From Dehalococcoidia bacterium (GTDB lineage Bacteria; Chloroflexota; Dehalococcoidia; Plut-88900), in the NCBI GenBank assembly GCA_965207225.1, contig CBDBLV010000001.1:64001-128000 (forward strand): a stretch of 64,000 nucleotides of DNA, in the 5' to 3' direction. This document shows, one piece after another, positions 12,102 to 23,238 of this stretch. Both the position numbers and the translations under genes were made by a program. The number at the start of each line of letters is the position of its first letter. The first letter of the stretch is position 1. The notes beneath the pieces were generated by a model, which did no database searches, was not told the origin of the DNA, and worked only from the letters and a program-made list of their open reading frames with translations.

Positions 12102-12781
12102 ACTGGCTCCCGGATCGCCTTGTCCGCCTGCTCCACCGCCCGTGCGAAAGCCTTGATCTTCCCAAGGTCCTTCTTCCCATCCGTTTCCACACCGCTCGAA
12201 ACGTCCACCACCGATGGCCCGACCTGCTCAATCGCCCTGCCAACGTTCTCCGGGTTCAACCCCCCCGACAATACGAAGTCGAACTTCTTGGCCAGCTCAG
12301 TCGCCAGCCCCCAGTCGAAGGTCTCGCCCGTGCCCCCGTAGTAGGGCCCCTTGGAGACGGTGTCGAGCATCGGCGTGTGCCCTGCGTCCACGATCGCCCC
12401 AAGCTCTTCTTCCAAGGTGCGAAGAAGCCCCTCCCCCCTCGCCCCCGCCTCGATCCTGACCACCTTGAAAACCGGCCTCTCAATACCCGAGCAATACTCC
12501 AGGGTCTCATCCCCATGAAGCTGAATCCTGTCTAACCCGCAGTATTCGGCGGTACGGTTGACCTCGTCGGCAAGGGCATTTACGAAGACTCCAACGGCCT
12601 CAGGCATCTTGCTATCCGACCCATATGCCGTCCGAGCTTCCTCCAATATCCCATGCGCCGCCTCTGCCGTTAGCTGCCTCTTGCTCGGCGCGAAGATCAG
12701 GCCAATGAAGCTCGCCCCTTCGCCGATGGCGGTAACGGCGTCCTCGGCTCGCCTGAGCCCGCACACCTTGAATCTAGTCAC
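12098..12781 (-). CDS. trpF: Phosphoribosylanthranilate isomerase
   Basis: [37 protein letters not shown]; GTG start overlapping the trpC end chosen. Confidence 0.95.
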   Translation of the reverse strand: MTRFKVCGLRRAEDAVTAIGEGASFIGLIFAPSKRQLTAEAAHGILEEARTAYGSDSKMPEAVGVFVNALADEVNRTAEYCGLDRIQLHGDETLEYCSGIERPVFKVVRIEAGARGEGLLRTLEEELGAIVDAGHTPMLDTVSKGPYYGGTGETFDWGLATELAKKFDFVLSGGLNPENVGRAIEQVGPSVVDVSSGVETDGKKDLGKIKAFARAVEQADKAIREPV

Positions 12782-13595
12782 GGGCCACCCGCTCAAGGCT
12801 CGCCGACGCCAGCTCCCGTACCTTCGCTCCCACGTCCCCCGACTTCACCAGCCCCTCCCCGACCAGCACCGCATCCACCCCCCACCCCGCCACCATCGCC
12901 ACGTCGTCCCGCGTGAATATCCCACTCTCCGCCACCACCGGGACATCCGCGGGGACCAGGGGCCTCAGCCTCCACGTGGTCTCTAAATCCACCTCGAAAG
13001 TCGCCAGGTCCCGATTGTTGATCCCGATTAGAGACGCCCCCGCGGAAATCGACATCTCCACCTCGGCCTCCGTATGCGTCTCCACGAGAGCGTCCATCCC
13101 CAGCCCCCGAGCTTCGGCTATAAGCGACTTCATTTCCTCCTCTTCCAGTATCGACGCGATAAGCAATATCGCATCCGCCCCCCACGCCCGAGCCTCCCAC
13201 ACCTGGTACTCGTCAAATATGAAGTCTTTTCGCAACAACGGAGGACAACTGGCCCCGATGTCCTCTTTGATAGCAGCCATGAATTCCAGCCGACCCTGGA
13301 AGTGCGGCGTCTCCGTCAACACTGATATCGCCGATGCCCCGTTCTCCGCATAAGTGCGGGCCAGGGCCACGGGGTCGAAGTCGGGGGCCAGCAGACCCCG
13401 GGACGGCGAGGCCTTCTTCACCTCAGCAATCAGTGACACCCCTTCACCCTGCAGCGCTCTGGTCAATGACCTTGCCCCAGTCTGCCCAAGCGCCCGCGCC
13501 TCGACCTCCGCCCGCGGCATCTCCGCCTTCGCCCTCGCGAGGTCCTTCCTCTTTACCGCCACTATCTTGTCGAGAATCGTCCCAGTCTTAGCCAT
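12774..13595 (-). CDS. trpC: Indole-3-glycerol phosphate synthase
   Basis: IAEVKKASPSRG, LRKDFI, GINNRDL, VAESGI, LVGE. Confidence 0.96.
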   Translation of the reverse strand: MAKTGTILDKIVAVKRKDLARAKAEMPRAEVEARALGQTGARSLTRALQGEGVSLIAEVKKASPSRGLLAPDFDPVALARTYAENGASAISVLTETPHFQGRLEFMAAIKEDIGASCPPLLRKDFIFDEYQVWEARAWGADAILLIASILEEEEMKSLIAEARGLGMDALVETHTEAEVEMSISAGASLIGINNRDLATFEVDLETTWRLRPLVPADVPVVAESGIFTRDDVAMVAGWGVDAVLVGEGLVKSGDVGAKVRELASASLERVARD

Positions 13596-13609
13596 GTCCC
13601 TGGTTTCCG

Positions 13610-14623
13610 CTACTCCAGCCCCTGGCTCACATCTCTCAATTTCTCAAGCCTCTTCATCGCTTCCCCACTGTCAATTGACTCCTGCGCCACCCGTACCCCT
13701 TCTCGAAGGTCGACCGCTTTGCCCCCCGCCAGGATCCCCCCCGCCGCATTCGCCACCACCACGTCCCTTGGAGATCCTCTCTCTCCACTTAGCACCGCTG
13801 TCATTATCTCTGCGTTCTCTTCAACCGACCCCCCGGCCAGCGACTCCAGAGACGCCGCGCCCAGCCCCAAGTCCCCCGCCGATATCTTGTAGTGGCTAAC
13901 CTCTCCGTCTCTCAGTTCCCACACGCCCGTCTTGCCGTTCAGCGATATCTCGTCCAGCCCGTCTTCCGCATGCACCACCAGCACCCTCTCTGAACCGAGC
14001 CTCTGGAGCACCTGTACCATCTTCTCCCCTACCGCATCCGTCGGCACCCCCAGCACCTGCGCCTTCGCCCCAGCCGGGTTGGTCAAAGGTCCCAGAATGT
14101 TGAACACCGTCCTGACCCCTATCTCCCGTCGGGGCTGAACCGCAAACTTCATCGCGGGATGGAACCGAGGCGCGAACATGAACCCGATGCCCGCCTCTTC
14201 CATGCACCGCTTCACCCCATTCGGCCCGAGGTCTATCTTGATCCCCTGCTGTTCCAGAACGTCGGCGCTGCCGCTCTTGGACGTCATTGCCCGGTTCCCG
14301 TGCTTCGCAACCGCAATTCCCGCCCCCGCCACCACGAAAGCCGCCACCGTAGATATATTGAACGTCCCCGAGTCGTCGCCCCCCGTGCCGCAGGTGTCGA
14401 CGCTCGGGCCCCGGTAGTCCACCTTCAACGACTTCGCCCGCATCACCGTCGCCAGGCCCGTCATCTCGTCTACCGTCTCGCCCTTCAGCCTCAGCGCAAT
14501 CACGAACGCCCCGAACTGCGCGGGCGTCGCCTCCCCGGTCATGATCTCTTCCATGACCTGCGCCGCCGCCTCCTCGGTCAGGTCCGACCCCCTCGTCAGT
14601 TTTTCGATCGCTTCTCTTATCAT
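13610..14623 (-). CDS. trpD: Anthranilate phosphoribosyltransferase
   Basis: DTCGTGGD, NIST, KHGNR, GSAD, FNILGPLTNP. Confidence 0.96.
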   Translation of the reverse strand: MIREAIEKLTRGSDLTEEAAAQVMEEIMTGEATPAQFGAFVIALRLKGETVDEMTGLATVMRAKSLKVDYRGPSVDTCGTGGDDSGTFNISTVAAFVVAGAGIAVAKHGNRAMTSKSGSADVLEQQGIKIDLGPNGVKRCMEEAGIGFMFAPRFHPAMKFAVQPRREIGVRTVFNILGPLTNPAGAKAQVLGVPTDAVGEKMVQVLQRLGSERVLVVHAEDGLDEISLNGKTGVWELRDGEVSHYKISAGDLGLGAASLESLAGGSVEENAEIMTAVLSGERGSPRDVVVANAAGGILAGGKAVDLREGVRVAQESIDSGEAMKRLEKLRDVSQGLE

Positions 14624-14627
14624 CAGC

Positions 14628-15209
14628 CTACGCCGGGACCGGGATTTCTTGCCCCAGGAAATTCCTGAGCAGGTTTTTCCCCTCAGGGGTCATTATCGAC
14701 TCCGGGTGGGCCTGGAATCCCTCAACCTGGTACTCCTTGTGCCTGACTCCCATGATGATCCCGTTCGCCGTCCGGGCGGTCACCTCCAGACAGTCAGGGA
14801 ATCCCTCCTCCTGGATTGCCAGCGAATGGTACCTGATCGCCTCGAAGGGGTTGGATAGGCCCCTGTAAACGCCCTTCCCGTCGTGGTGTACCATCGACGA
14901 CTTCCCGTGCATGATCTCTCCCGCATACCCGACCACACCCCCATACGCCGCCCCGATGCACTGGTGCCCCAGGCACACCCCCAGCACCGGGAGTCGGGGC
15001 CCGAAGTGCCGTATCACGTCCACCGAGATCCCCGCCTCCTTTGGCGTGCACGGCCCCGGCGACACGATGATCCGCTCCGGGCCCCAGCTGGCAATCTCCT
15101 CCAGTGAGGTCTTGTCGTTCCGCACAACCTCCACTTCTTGCCCCAGTTCGCAGAGGTACTGGTACAGGTTGTAGGTGAAGCTGTCGTAGTTGTCTATCAG
15201 CGCCAACAT
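14628..15209 (-). CDS. trpG: Anthranilate synthase component II
   Basis: IDNYDSFTYNL, SPGPC, GVCLGHQ, RYHSL, HPES. Confidence 0.96.
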   Translation of the reverse strand: MLALIDNYDSFTYNLYQYLCELGQEVEVVRNDKTSLEEIASWGPERIIVSPGPCTPKEAGISVDVIRHFGPRLPVLGVCLGHQCIGAAYGGVVGYAGEIMHGKSSMVHHDGKGVYRGLSNPFEAIRYHSLAIQEEGFPDCLEVTARTANGIIMGVRHKEYQVEGFQAHPESIMTPEGKNLLRNFLGQEIPVPA

Positions 15210-15221
15210 TGGTGACTAGTC

Positions 15222-16013
15222 CTATTCCTGCGGCAAATAATTGCGCGGCAACTCCGCACCGACCGCCGCCCTCACGTATATAACCTCCCCGGATATGTGG
15301 CTCCCCTCCTCCGACGCCAGGAATACGCACAGGTTGCCTATGTCCTCGGACCTCACCATCCTGCCCAGCGGCATGCCCTTGTCAACCTCTTCGAAGGTGT
15401 CTTTGCCCGTGGTCCGGGATATCCCTCCCCATGCCATGTCCGTCGGTACGAGACCCGGGTTCACCGCGTTCACCCGCACCCCCTGGTACCGCTCCTCCTT
15501 CGCCACCCCTTTGGCCAGTGCATCAATCGCTGCCTTGGCCGCGTTGTAGTCCGAGTCATTTGCCATCAGCATGTCCGTGCTTCGGGACGAAATGAGGATT
15601 AAGTCTCCCCTTACGTTGTTCCTCAGGTGTGGAAGCGCCGCCCGGGAGCAGTTGAACGCCCCTATAAGGTGGTTCCGGATCGTGTAGGCGAACTCGTCGT
15701 GGGTAAGCTCGATAAGCGGCTTCCCGTGTCCCTTGGTTCCCGCATTCGCCACCATGATGTCCAGCTTCCCGAACCTCGACACCGTCTCCTCCACCATCGA
15801 CTCCACCTCCCCGTAGTCCCCCACATCCGCCTTCATGGCGACCGCCGTTCCTCCCGCCGCCTCTATGTCCGCCACCACCTCCGCTGCGGGCCCCGGCGAC
15901 TTGAAGTAGTTCACAACTACCTTCGCCCCCTCACGGGCCATGCACCTGGCTATCCCGGAGCCTATACCCCTGGAACCCCCGCTTACTATCGCTACTCTTC
16001 CTTGCAGTCTCAT
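15222..16013 (-). CDS. SDR-family oxidoreductase
   Basis: SGGSRGIG, NAG, ISS, YNAAK. Confidence 0.92.
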   Translation of the reverse strand: MRLQGRVAIVSGGSRGIGSGIARCMAREGAKVVVNYFKSPGPAAEVVADIEAAGGTAVAMKADVGDYGEVESMVEETVSRFGKLDIMVANAGTKGHGKPLIELTHDEFAYTIRNHLIGAFNCSRAALPHLRNNVRGDLILISSRSTDMLMANDSDYNAAKAAIDALAKGVAKEERYQGVRVNAVNPGLVPTDMAWGGISRTTGKDTFEEVDKGMPLGRMVRSEDIGNLCVFLASEEGSHISGEVIYVRAAVGAELPRNYLPQE

Positions 16014-16059
16014 ATTTCCCCTGTCTTATCTTTGTGTTTTTCTTACCTCGTGGTAACGC

Positions 16060-16869
16060 TTAAGCCGAGTAATAGGGCTTTGGCCCGTTCACGTAGAAAG
16101 AGGGCGGCTCTCCCCCCACCGCACCCCGCACATATATCACCTCGCCCGAGATGTGACTCCCCTGCTCCGATGCCAGGAATGTACACAGGTTCCCGATGTC
16201 CTCCGGCCTCATCATCCGCCCAAAGGGCATCACTTTGTCCACCTCCTCGACGCTGTCCTTGCCCGTGGTTGCCATCAGCTCTTCCATCAGGATGTCCGTC
16301 GGGACCAGGCCCGGCGCCACCACATTCACCCGTATCCCGTTGTAACGTTCCTCTTTCGCAAGTCCTTGCGCCATGCCGTCCATCCCCGCCTTTGCAGCGT
16401 TATACGGCGAGGAGTTTGGTGGGAAGAAGTCGGTCTGCCGGGACGAAATGAATATGATGTCGCCCCTCTCCTGCTCTCTCATGTGGTGCAGCAGGCAGTG
16501 TGAAGTGTTGAATGACCCTATCAGGTGATTGTTGACAACCCCTTCAAATTCCTCGGGTGTGATATCTGCCATCGGGCCGTATGGCCCCGCTATGCCCGCG
16601 TTGTTCACCAGGATGTCCACCTTGCCGAACTCCGCTATCGATCGCTCCACCATAGACTTCACCTGTGCATAGTTCCCCACGTCCGCCTGGATCGCAATCG
16701 CCCGACCCCCCTTCCCCTGGATCCCTTCCACCACCTCGTTCGCCAGCCTTTCCGACTGCACGTAGTTCACCACCACCGCCGCCCCCTCCTCCGCCATGCA
16801 CCGCGCTATCCCCGCCCCGATTCCTCGTGACCCGCCCGTGACCAGTGCTACCCGACCTTCCAGTCTCAT
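16060..16869 (-). CDS. SDR-family oxidoreductase
   Basis: TGGSRGIG, NNAG, ISS, YNAAK; ATG 16869 overlaps the upstream stop. Confidence 0.92.
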   Translation of the reverse strand: MRLEGRVALVTGGSRGIGAGIARCMAEEGAAVVVNYVQSERLANEVVEGIQGKGGRAIAIQADVGNYAQVKSMVERSIAEFGKVDILVNNAGIAGPYGPMADITPEEFEGVVNNHLIGSFNTSHCLLHHMREQERGDIIFISSRQTDFFPPNSSPYNAAKAGMDGMAQGLAKEERYNGIRVNVVAPGLVPTDILMEELMATTGKDSVEEVDKVMPFGRMMRPEDIGNLCTFLASEQGSHISGEVIYVRGAVGGEPPSFYVNGPKPYYSA

Positions 16870-17687
16870 ATTCCACTCCTCTGCGACGCCGATGAGAAGA
16901 ACTCCTGCGTCGGCTTTCTGTCCTGCGATGCGTCCACGTAGATCACCTGCCCCGAGATATGACCCCCCGCCTCCGACGCCAGGAACGCACACAGGTTACC
17001 CGTGTCCCGGGGTTGGGCTATCCGACCCAACGGCAGGTATGGGTCAACCTCCCTGAAGCTGGAGAAGCCGTACCTCTTCAACAGACCCGTGGCCATGTCC
17101 GTCTCCGTAGTCGTCGGCGCTATAACGTTCACCCGGATCCCGTGGCCCTGCTCCTCCTTCGAAAGCACCCGGCCCATCACTTCTATGCCTGCCTTGGCCA
17201 CGTTGTAGGAGGTCAGCCCCACGGGGAGCATCTTCGCGTTCGTAGATCCTATCAGTTGGATGTCCCCCCGGGCCTGCACCCTCATGTGCGGCAATACCGC
17301 CTGCACACAGGTGAATGCCCCCATTATGTGGTTCTCAATGACCTCCCGAAACTCTTCCAGGTCCGCCTCGTGTACGTGGCTGTCCCGACGTATGATCCCC
17401 GCATTGCAGACCAGGATGTCTACCTTCCCCAACCCCTCCACCCCTGCCCCGACCATCGCCTTTACCGCATCCACGTCCCCCACGTCTGCCCTGTAAGTAA
17501 GAGCCCTACGGCCCAACGCCCGAATTTCCTCGGCCGTGGCTTCTGCGGCCGTCGCATTGCTCACGTAGTTCACCATCACGTCAGCGCCGGCCTCAGCCAT
17601 AGCTAGCGAGATCGCCTTCCCAATCCCCCGGGACCCGCCCGTCACCAGGGCAACCCGCCCTTCCAACGACCTTCCCGAATCAGTCAT
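16866..17687 (-). CDS. SDR-family oxidoreductase
   Basis: TGGSRGIG, CNAG, IGS, YNVAK. Confidence 0.92.
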   Translation of the reverse strand: MTDSGRSLEGRVALVTGGSRGIGKAISLAMAEAGADVMVNYVSNATAAEATAEEIRALGRRALTYRADVGDVDAVKAMVGAGVEGLGKVDILVCNAGIIRRDSHVHEADLEEFREVIENHIMGAFTCVQAVLPHMRVQARGDIQLIGSTNAKMLPVGLTSYNVAKAGIEVMGRVLSKEEQGHGIRVNVIAPTTTETDMATGLLKRYGFSSFREVDPYLPLGRIAQPRDTGNLCAFLASEAGGHISGQVIYVDASQDRKPTQEFFSSASQRSGI

Positions 17688-17796
17688 TATTTGATCTTCT
17701 CTCCTGTCATACAGCGGCCCTCCCCAATGTCATTCCGATGCCCTGCGAGGAATCTGGGGTGGGGCTCCCCTCCTGGCAAAGGCCTCCCACCCATGC

Positions 17797-18603
17797 CTAC
17801 CTCTGCGCCCGGGCCTCGGGCGTCACGAACTCCCGCAGCGACGACGGCCCTATGCCGCAGTCTAGGTAGATCACCTGCCCCGACACATGGCTGGCCTTGT
17901 CACTGCAGAGCCATACGCACATGTTCCCCACGTCGTAGGGCTGGATCAGCCTGTCGAAGGGCACTATGCCGTCCAGGTTCCGGGGGTCGTCTATCTGTGC
18001 CCAGTCCAGCACCAGCTTCAACCCCATGTCCGACTCCACGATGGTCGGTGCAATGGCGTTCACCCGGATCCCGTGCCAGCTCAGCTCCTTGGATATCGTC
18101 TTAACGAACGTCCCCATCCACGCCTTCGCGCTGGCATAGGCCCATTCGTCGGGCCACAGCTGCTGAGTCGCCAGCGAGCTTATAAAGTGGATGTCGCCCC
18201 TTTTCTGCTCCTTCATGTGCGGCAGTACCGCCTGCGTGCAGTAGAACGACCCCGCAATGTGAGTCCCGTAAACATCGTGGAACACGGCCATCGCATCTTC
18301 TGCCATTATCGACTTCGAATAATGCTGACCGGCGTTGTTGACCAGGATGTCCACCCGACCGAAGGTCGCAATGGTCTCGTCCACCATCGCCTGCACCTCG
18401 TCGTAGTTCTGCACGTTGGCCTGGTACAGCAGCGCCTTCCTCCCCCGGGCCTCGACGTCCGACGCCGTCTGCTCCGCACCCTCCTTGTTGCGTTGGTAGT
18501 TCACCACAATGTCCGCCCCTTCATCCGCCATGCTCTGCGCAATCCCCTGGCCTATGCCCCGGGACGCCCCCGTTATCAGCGCAACTCTTCCTTCAAGCTC
18601 CAT
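17797..18603 (-). CDS. SDR-family oxidoreductase
   Basis: TGASRGIG, NNAG, ISS, YASAK. Confidence 0.92.
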   Translation of the reverse strand: MELEGRVALITGASRGIGQGIAQSMADEGADIVVNYQRNKEGAEQTASDVEARGRKALLYQANVQNYDEVQAMVDETIATFGRVDILVNNAGQHYSKSIMAEDAMAVFHDVYGTHIAGSFYCTQAVLPHMKEQKRGDIHFISSLATQQLWPDEWAYASAKAWMGTFVKTISKELSWHGIRVNAIAPTIVESDMGLKLVLDWAQIDDPRNLDGIVPFDRLIQPYDVGNMCVWLCSDKASHVSGQVIYLDCGIGPSSLREFVTPEARAQR

Positions 18604-18628
18604 GATTAGCCTCCAAATTGCTCCTTGG

Positions 18629-19390
18629 TCACCGCGCCATCCCACCGTCCAGATGAATAACGTGCCCCGAGATATACCCCCCGTCCTCCGACGCCAGGAA
18701 TGCTGACAGCTTCGCTATGTCCTCCGGCTGGCACACCCTCCCGAACGGGTAGTCCGGGTATATATCCTTGATGTCGTCGACGCCCTGGGTCGCCTTCACC
18801 AGCCTCTTCCCCATCTCCGTCTCCACCAGCCCCGGCGCTATTACGTTCACCCGTATCCCGTGCTGGCGCTCGTCCTTCGCCATCGACATCGCCAATGCTT
18901 CCAGGCACGCCTTTGCCGTGGCGTAAGGCCCGTGCCCAGCCTCCGCCCTGAACGGCGACGTCGACGAAATGAAATGCACGTCCCCCCGACTCCGCTCCCG
19001 CATCCCGGGCAACAACGCCCTTGCGAAATGCAGCGCTCCGAAAAGGTGCACGTCCAGCACCCGGCGCATCTCCCTCGGCTCAGTCTCTCCCAGGTGGTTC
19101 CCCCGGGAAGCGACCCCCGCATTGCACACCAGGATGTCTACCCCACCGAACAACTCGATAGCCTCCGACACCATGGCCTCCACCGCAGCGTTGTCCGTCA
19201 CATCCGTCTGTCGGGCCAGCACCCGACGCCCTAACCCTTCGATCTCCGCCGCTGTCTCCCGCGCCGACTCCTCATCCTTGCGATAATTGAACGCCACGTC
19301 CGCACCCTGCGCGGCCAGCTCCAGGGCCACCGCTTTCCCGATGCCCCGGTTGCCGCCTGTGACTATGGCTGCTCTGCCTTTCAGCTTCAT
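18629..19390 (-). CDS. SDR-family oxidoreductase
   Basis: TGGNRGIG, CNAG, ISS, YATAK. Confidence 0.92.
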   Translation of the reverse strand: MKLKGRAAIVTGGNRGIGKAVALELAAQGADVAFNYRKDEESARETAAEIEGLGRRVLARQTDVTDNAAVEAMVSEAIELFGGVDILVCNAGVASRGNHLGETEPREMRRVLDVHLFGALHFARALLPGMRERSRGDVHFISSTSPFRAEAGHGPYATAKACLEALAMSMAKDERQHGIRVNVIAPGLVETEMGKRLVKATQGVDDIKDIYPDYPFGRVCQPEDIAKLSAFLASEDGGYISGHVIHLDGGMAR

Positions 19391-19421
19391 TTCTGGGGTG
19401 TCCTCCAGGACGGCCCAAATA

Positions 19422-20894
19422 CTACCATGACCGCGCCTCCGCCTCATCGATTGCCCTCATGATCGCACCCGCCTTGTGTACCGTTTCCATGTACTCCAGG
19501 TGCGGGACGCTGTCGTACACGATTCCTGCCCCTGCCTGCATGTGGGCCACCCCTTTGTGAAACACCATAGTCCGTAGGGTTATGCAGGTGTCCATGTTCC
19601 CCGAAAAGCTGAAATACCCCACCGACCCCGAGTACGGCCCCCTCTTGATCGGCTCCAGCTCCGCAATGATCTCCATCGCCCTCAGCTTCGGCGCCCCCGA
19701 GACCGTACCCGCAGGGAAGCACGACCAGAAAGCATCGTAGATTGAGGCGTCGGGCTTCAGTTTCCCTTTCACGTGGGATACCAGGTGGATTACGTGCGAA
19801 TACCGCTCGATGTCCATGATCTGCGTCACCTGTACCGACCCCGGAACGCTCACCCGGCCGATGTCGTTCCGACCCAGGTCCAGCAGCATGATGTGTTCCG
19901 CCCGGTCCTTCTCGTCGGCCAAGAGCTCTTGCTCATTTGCCTGGTCCTCTTCTTCATCTTTACCCCGGGGCCTCGTGCCTGCCAGCGGGTGATAGTCCAA
20001 CTGACCCTCCTCCTCCCTCACCAGCAACTCCGGCGACGCCCCAACAAGCTGGAATATCCCCAAATCCAGGTAGAACATGTAGGGCGAGGGGTTCACCGTC
20101 CTCAAGGCGCGGTAGATGTTGAACGGGTGGACATCCGTCTTCCTGGAAAACCTCTGCGAAATCACCGCCTGGATGATGTCCCCCGCTTTGATGTACTCCT
20201 TTGTGACCTCCACGTTTCTCTCGTACTGCTCTTTGGTCACGTTGGGCTCTATCTGGTAGCCCGACGTCGGCCCTCCCCTCAGCGGGGCGAGGAACGGCTC
20301 TATCGGCTGCCGCAGCCTGTCCACCAGCTCGTCTATCTTCTCCGTCGCCCGACGGTACGCCGAGGCTAGGTCCCCTTCATCCATCCTCACGTGGGAGACC
20401 ACCTTGATGCTGTGCTTGATGTGGTCAAAGACCAGCAGGGTGTCGGCGAACATGAATATCGCCTCCGGCAGCCCCAGCGTGTCTACCTCCGGCGATGGCA
20501 CATCCTCGTAGTGGTGCATCGCCTCATAGCTGATGTACCCCACCCCTCCCCCGTGGAACCTCGGCACCCCCGACGCCCCCGCCACCGACCACCTTTCCAT
20601 CTCCTCTCGTACCAACTCCAACGGGTTCGCCTCGTCGTCCTGCTGCCCTCGCCCCGTCACTATCTTCTTGTAAGGCTCCGTTCCGATGAAGCTGTAGCGC
20701 GCCATCCGTTCCCCGCCCTCCACGCTCTCCAGCAGGAACGAGTAGTTCCCGCGCGCCACCTTCAGGTACGCCGACACCGGAGTCTCCAGGTCGGCCTCAA
20801 TCTCTCTGTACACCGGCACAAGATTCCCCAGCCCCGAGAGTCCTTCCAGCGCCTCCAGGTTCGGCGTATATGCGCTCTTTGTAACTGTGGTCAT
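19422..20894 (-). CDS. trpE: Anthranilate synthase component I
   Basis: [47 protein letters not shown]. Confidence 0.97.
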   Translation of the reverse strand: MTTVTKSAYTPNLEALEGLSGLGNLVPVYREIEADLETPVSAYLKVARGNYSFLLESVEGGERMARYSFIGTEPYKKIVTGRGQQDDEANPLELVREEMERWSVAGASGVPRFHGGGVGYISYEAMHHYEDVPSPEVDTLGLPEAIFMFADTLLVFDHIKHSIKVVSHVRMDEGDLASAYRRATEKIDELVDRLRQPIEPFLAPLRGGPTSGYQIEPNVTKEQYERNVEVTKEYIKAGDIIQAVISQRFSRKTDVHPFNIYRALRTVNPSPYMFYLDLGIFQLVGASPELLVREEEGQLDYHPLAGTRPRGKDEEEDQANEQELLADEKDRAEHIMLLDLGRNDIGRVSVPGSVQVTQIMDIERYSHVIHLVSHVKGKLKPDASIYDAFWSCFPAGTVSGAPKLRAMEIIAELEPIKRGPYSGSVGYFSFSGNMDTCITLRTMVFHKGVAHMQAGAGIVYDSVPHLEYMETVHKAGAIMRAIDEAEARSW

Positions 20895-20914
20895 GGCACT
20901 TTCCCGTTCTCGAC

Positions 20915-21262
20915 GAACAAACCCCCCTCGTCCTCAGGGGCGAGGGGGGTTCTCGCGGTGCCACCCTAATTTATCCGGCCGCACCCGCTTCACGGCATGT
21001 AACCGCGAATCGGGCACTGCACTGCGGCTGGCCGGCTAATCTCTAACAGGTACGTCCTCGGTCAGGCTTTCGGCCTGCCTCGGAGATACCCTGGGCCCTG
21101 GTAACGGCGCCCCTTCCGTCCAAGCCTACTCCCCCGACTCCCGTCGGCCTTTCGGTTGGCGACTCCCGGGTCCATTCAGCCTCCGCGCTGAGGTCGGCTC
21201 TCACCTGCCCCGACTCTCTGGCCCCCGCTTCAGGCTTACTACTCCCGTTCGCTGTCTTTATT
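20915..21262 (-). promoter_or_regulatory. T-box riboswitch with Trp specifier and terminator
   Basis: Minus strand: AGAGAG and GGTG stem I motifs, specifier GAA-TGG-ACC (TGG at 21174-21172), T-box AATTAGGGTGGCACCGCG (20971-20954), terminator ACCCCCCTCG..CGAGGGGGGTTTGTT. Confidence 0.92.
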
Positions 21263-21341
21263 TCGATTTTGCTGTAGCTAAAAGGCTAATACGTCTATGC
21301 CCAAACGTCAAACCCAGACATCGTTTGACTCTCCAACCGGC

Positions 21342-21388
21342 AGAGCCCCCGTCCCCGGTTTTGCACTAGGAACGGGGGCCTCCTTTGC
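21342..21388. terminator. Putative intrinsic terminator hairpin
   Basis: GCCCCCGT...ACGGGGGC stem downstream of the minus-strand binding-protein gene. Confidence 0.4.
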
Positions 21389-21454
21389 TGAAGCGACCTC
21401 TTAAGGAACGCTTCTATTGATTTTGGCAGCCTTCACCCCGACCCTATGCCCTGC

Positions 21455-22789
21455 TTACTGCGTCGCCAGCAGGTACTGCTCGTTGGCCCAGTCCAGGTTT
21501 TCACCCAGCCAGACTTCGTCCCACAGAATCGAGTACGGAATGTTGGCGCCGGAGGTCGGCAGTTCGTCTCTGACCTCGTCGTACGCGGGATCATCCATGA
21601 AAGCGAAGGACTTCTTGTTGATGGGGCCGTAGGTGATGAACTGGGCTATCCTGACGTTCTTTTCGGGGAAGGTCGCCCATGCTATGGCAAGATTGACCAG
21701 GTCGAATTTCTCCGGGTCCTGCTCTTTGAGCCCCTTCGCCACCGTCCATCCGCCTGTTCCGGTCATGAAACCGCACTCCCAGCATATCTCGATGGGCGCT
21801 CCTGTCTGCTGGGCGTCGAAGATTCTGCCGTTCCATGCGCTGCACATATCGACTTCGCCCGATATCAGAAATTCTGGGCACTGCGAGCCCGTGTCCCAGT
21901 AAATGATGTTGTTTCCGGCTTCCTTAGTCCATTCGGCAAACCAGGCGAAGTCCTCTTCCATCTGCTCCCGAGAAGGCGTCGCGATCTCCAGCTTTCCTTC
22001 GGGGGTGTTCAGCAGATCGGGATTCCTGGCCAGTCTCTGGATTTGAATCTGTCCGCCGTAGGAAACTTCGTTCCGCAGAGAGCGTCGTCCGGGGAAATTC
22101 TCCAGATCGAAGAAGTCGGCCCAGGTCTTGGGCCCTGTGTCGCCTGGGTACACCTCAGTGTTGTAGGCCAGGATTGTGGACCAGGTAATGCCTCCTCCCG
22201 CTATGTAGGGGCCCGGCGCCCTGACGATATCCAGCAGGTCATCGGCGTTTACGATCGCCGGATCGTATGCCCCCAGACTGTCCGTCTTCAGCAGGGCGGC
22301 AACCTGGTCGGTCCCCAGGTCGATGATGTCCCAGGCGATATTGCCGGTCTCGGCCTGGGTTCGCACCCTGGCTACTCCCGGACCTGGGCTCTCTTCGATT
22401 ATCTCCAGGCCGAACATCTCCCTGAGGGGGTCCAGCCACGCCCGCCTGACCGCCGCCTGGAACGCCCCGCCCTCGGATATGAACGTAAAGCTAGAACCTC
22501 TGCGCTTCTCCAGTTCCGCCTCTATCTCCTCCAGGGTTGCAGGGTTGTCCGCGGTCCACTCGGACAAGGGTCTGATGCCTGTCTCGGGCTCTTCAGGTTC
22601 GGGCTCGGAGGGTGGAGTGGTTGCTGTCGGTTGCGGTGCGGGAGCCGCTTCATCCGGTACGGGCGTCGCCGTCGCCGACGCCCCACACCCCGCCGCCACC
22701 ACCCCTAGGACCACAAGCAACGTGAGAACACCCAGGGAAATCCGTCGCCTCTTGGCGCTCTTGACTCTTTGCCATGCTTCTCGTTTCAT
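21455..22789 (-). CDS. ABC transporter substrate-binding lipoprotein, polyamine (PotD/PotF)-like
   Basis: Lipobox-like VAAGC, Pro/Thr linker, WDIIDL, ILAYNT, PKTWADFFD...FPGRRSLR, AWNGR. Confidence 0.8.
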   Translation of the reverse strand: MKREAWQRVKSAKRRRISLGVLTLLVVLGVVAAGCGASATATPVPDEAAPAPQPTATTPPSEPEPEEPETGIRPLSEWTADNPATLEEIEAELEKRRGSSFTFISEGGAFQAAVRRAWLDPLREMFGLEIIEESPGPGVARVRTQAETGNIAWDIIDLGTDQVAALLKTDSLGAYDPAIVNADDLLDIVRAPGPYIAGGGITWSTILAYNTEVYPGDTGPKTWADFFDLENFPGRRSLRNEVSYGGQIQIQRLARNPDLLNTPEGKLEIATPSREQMEEDFAWFAEWTKEAGNNIIYWDTGSQCPEFLISGEVDMCSAWNGRIFDAQQTGAPIEICWECGFMTGTGGWTVAKGLKEQDPEKFDLVNLAIAWATFPEKNVRIAQFITYGPINKKSFAFMDDPAYDEVRDELPTSGANIPYSILWDEVWLGENLDWANEQYLLATQ

Positions 22790-23238
22790 TCGACTCCCTC
22801 CTCGTCTGACCGCAGACCGGAGTCCCGTGCCTGCTGCCCCTAGCTACTTCCCACCAGCCGACTTACCTCCATTTACTGCCCTCCTCTCCCCAACATGAAG
22901 CGTTCTCTTCTACACTCTTCCGCCCCAAGTACCCTGGATTTAGTTTTCGGATTTCACTTATTGGTCTGGGTAGATTGTCTTCTCTCGTCTCGTTGCTGAC
23001 CGCGGTCCTGTAATCGATTGAAAGCAAAGTCACTCGGATCAGGGTATTGGTCGTCTGCACACGACCCCGTCGTGCCCCACCCCTCCCGTCCCCACCCCCG
23101 TCTGCTATCTTGCCACAACCTCCCCACTCTTGCTACTTAAGCCTCAAAAATGCAAATTGAAAACAAGCGCATCGAGCCTCGGGCCCAAAAGGAAAACGCG
23201 TGAAGAAGTTTCGGGACTAAGGGTGTGGACTTGCGAGG

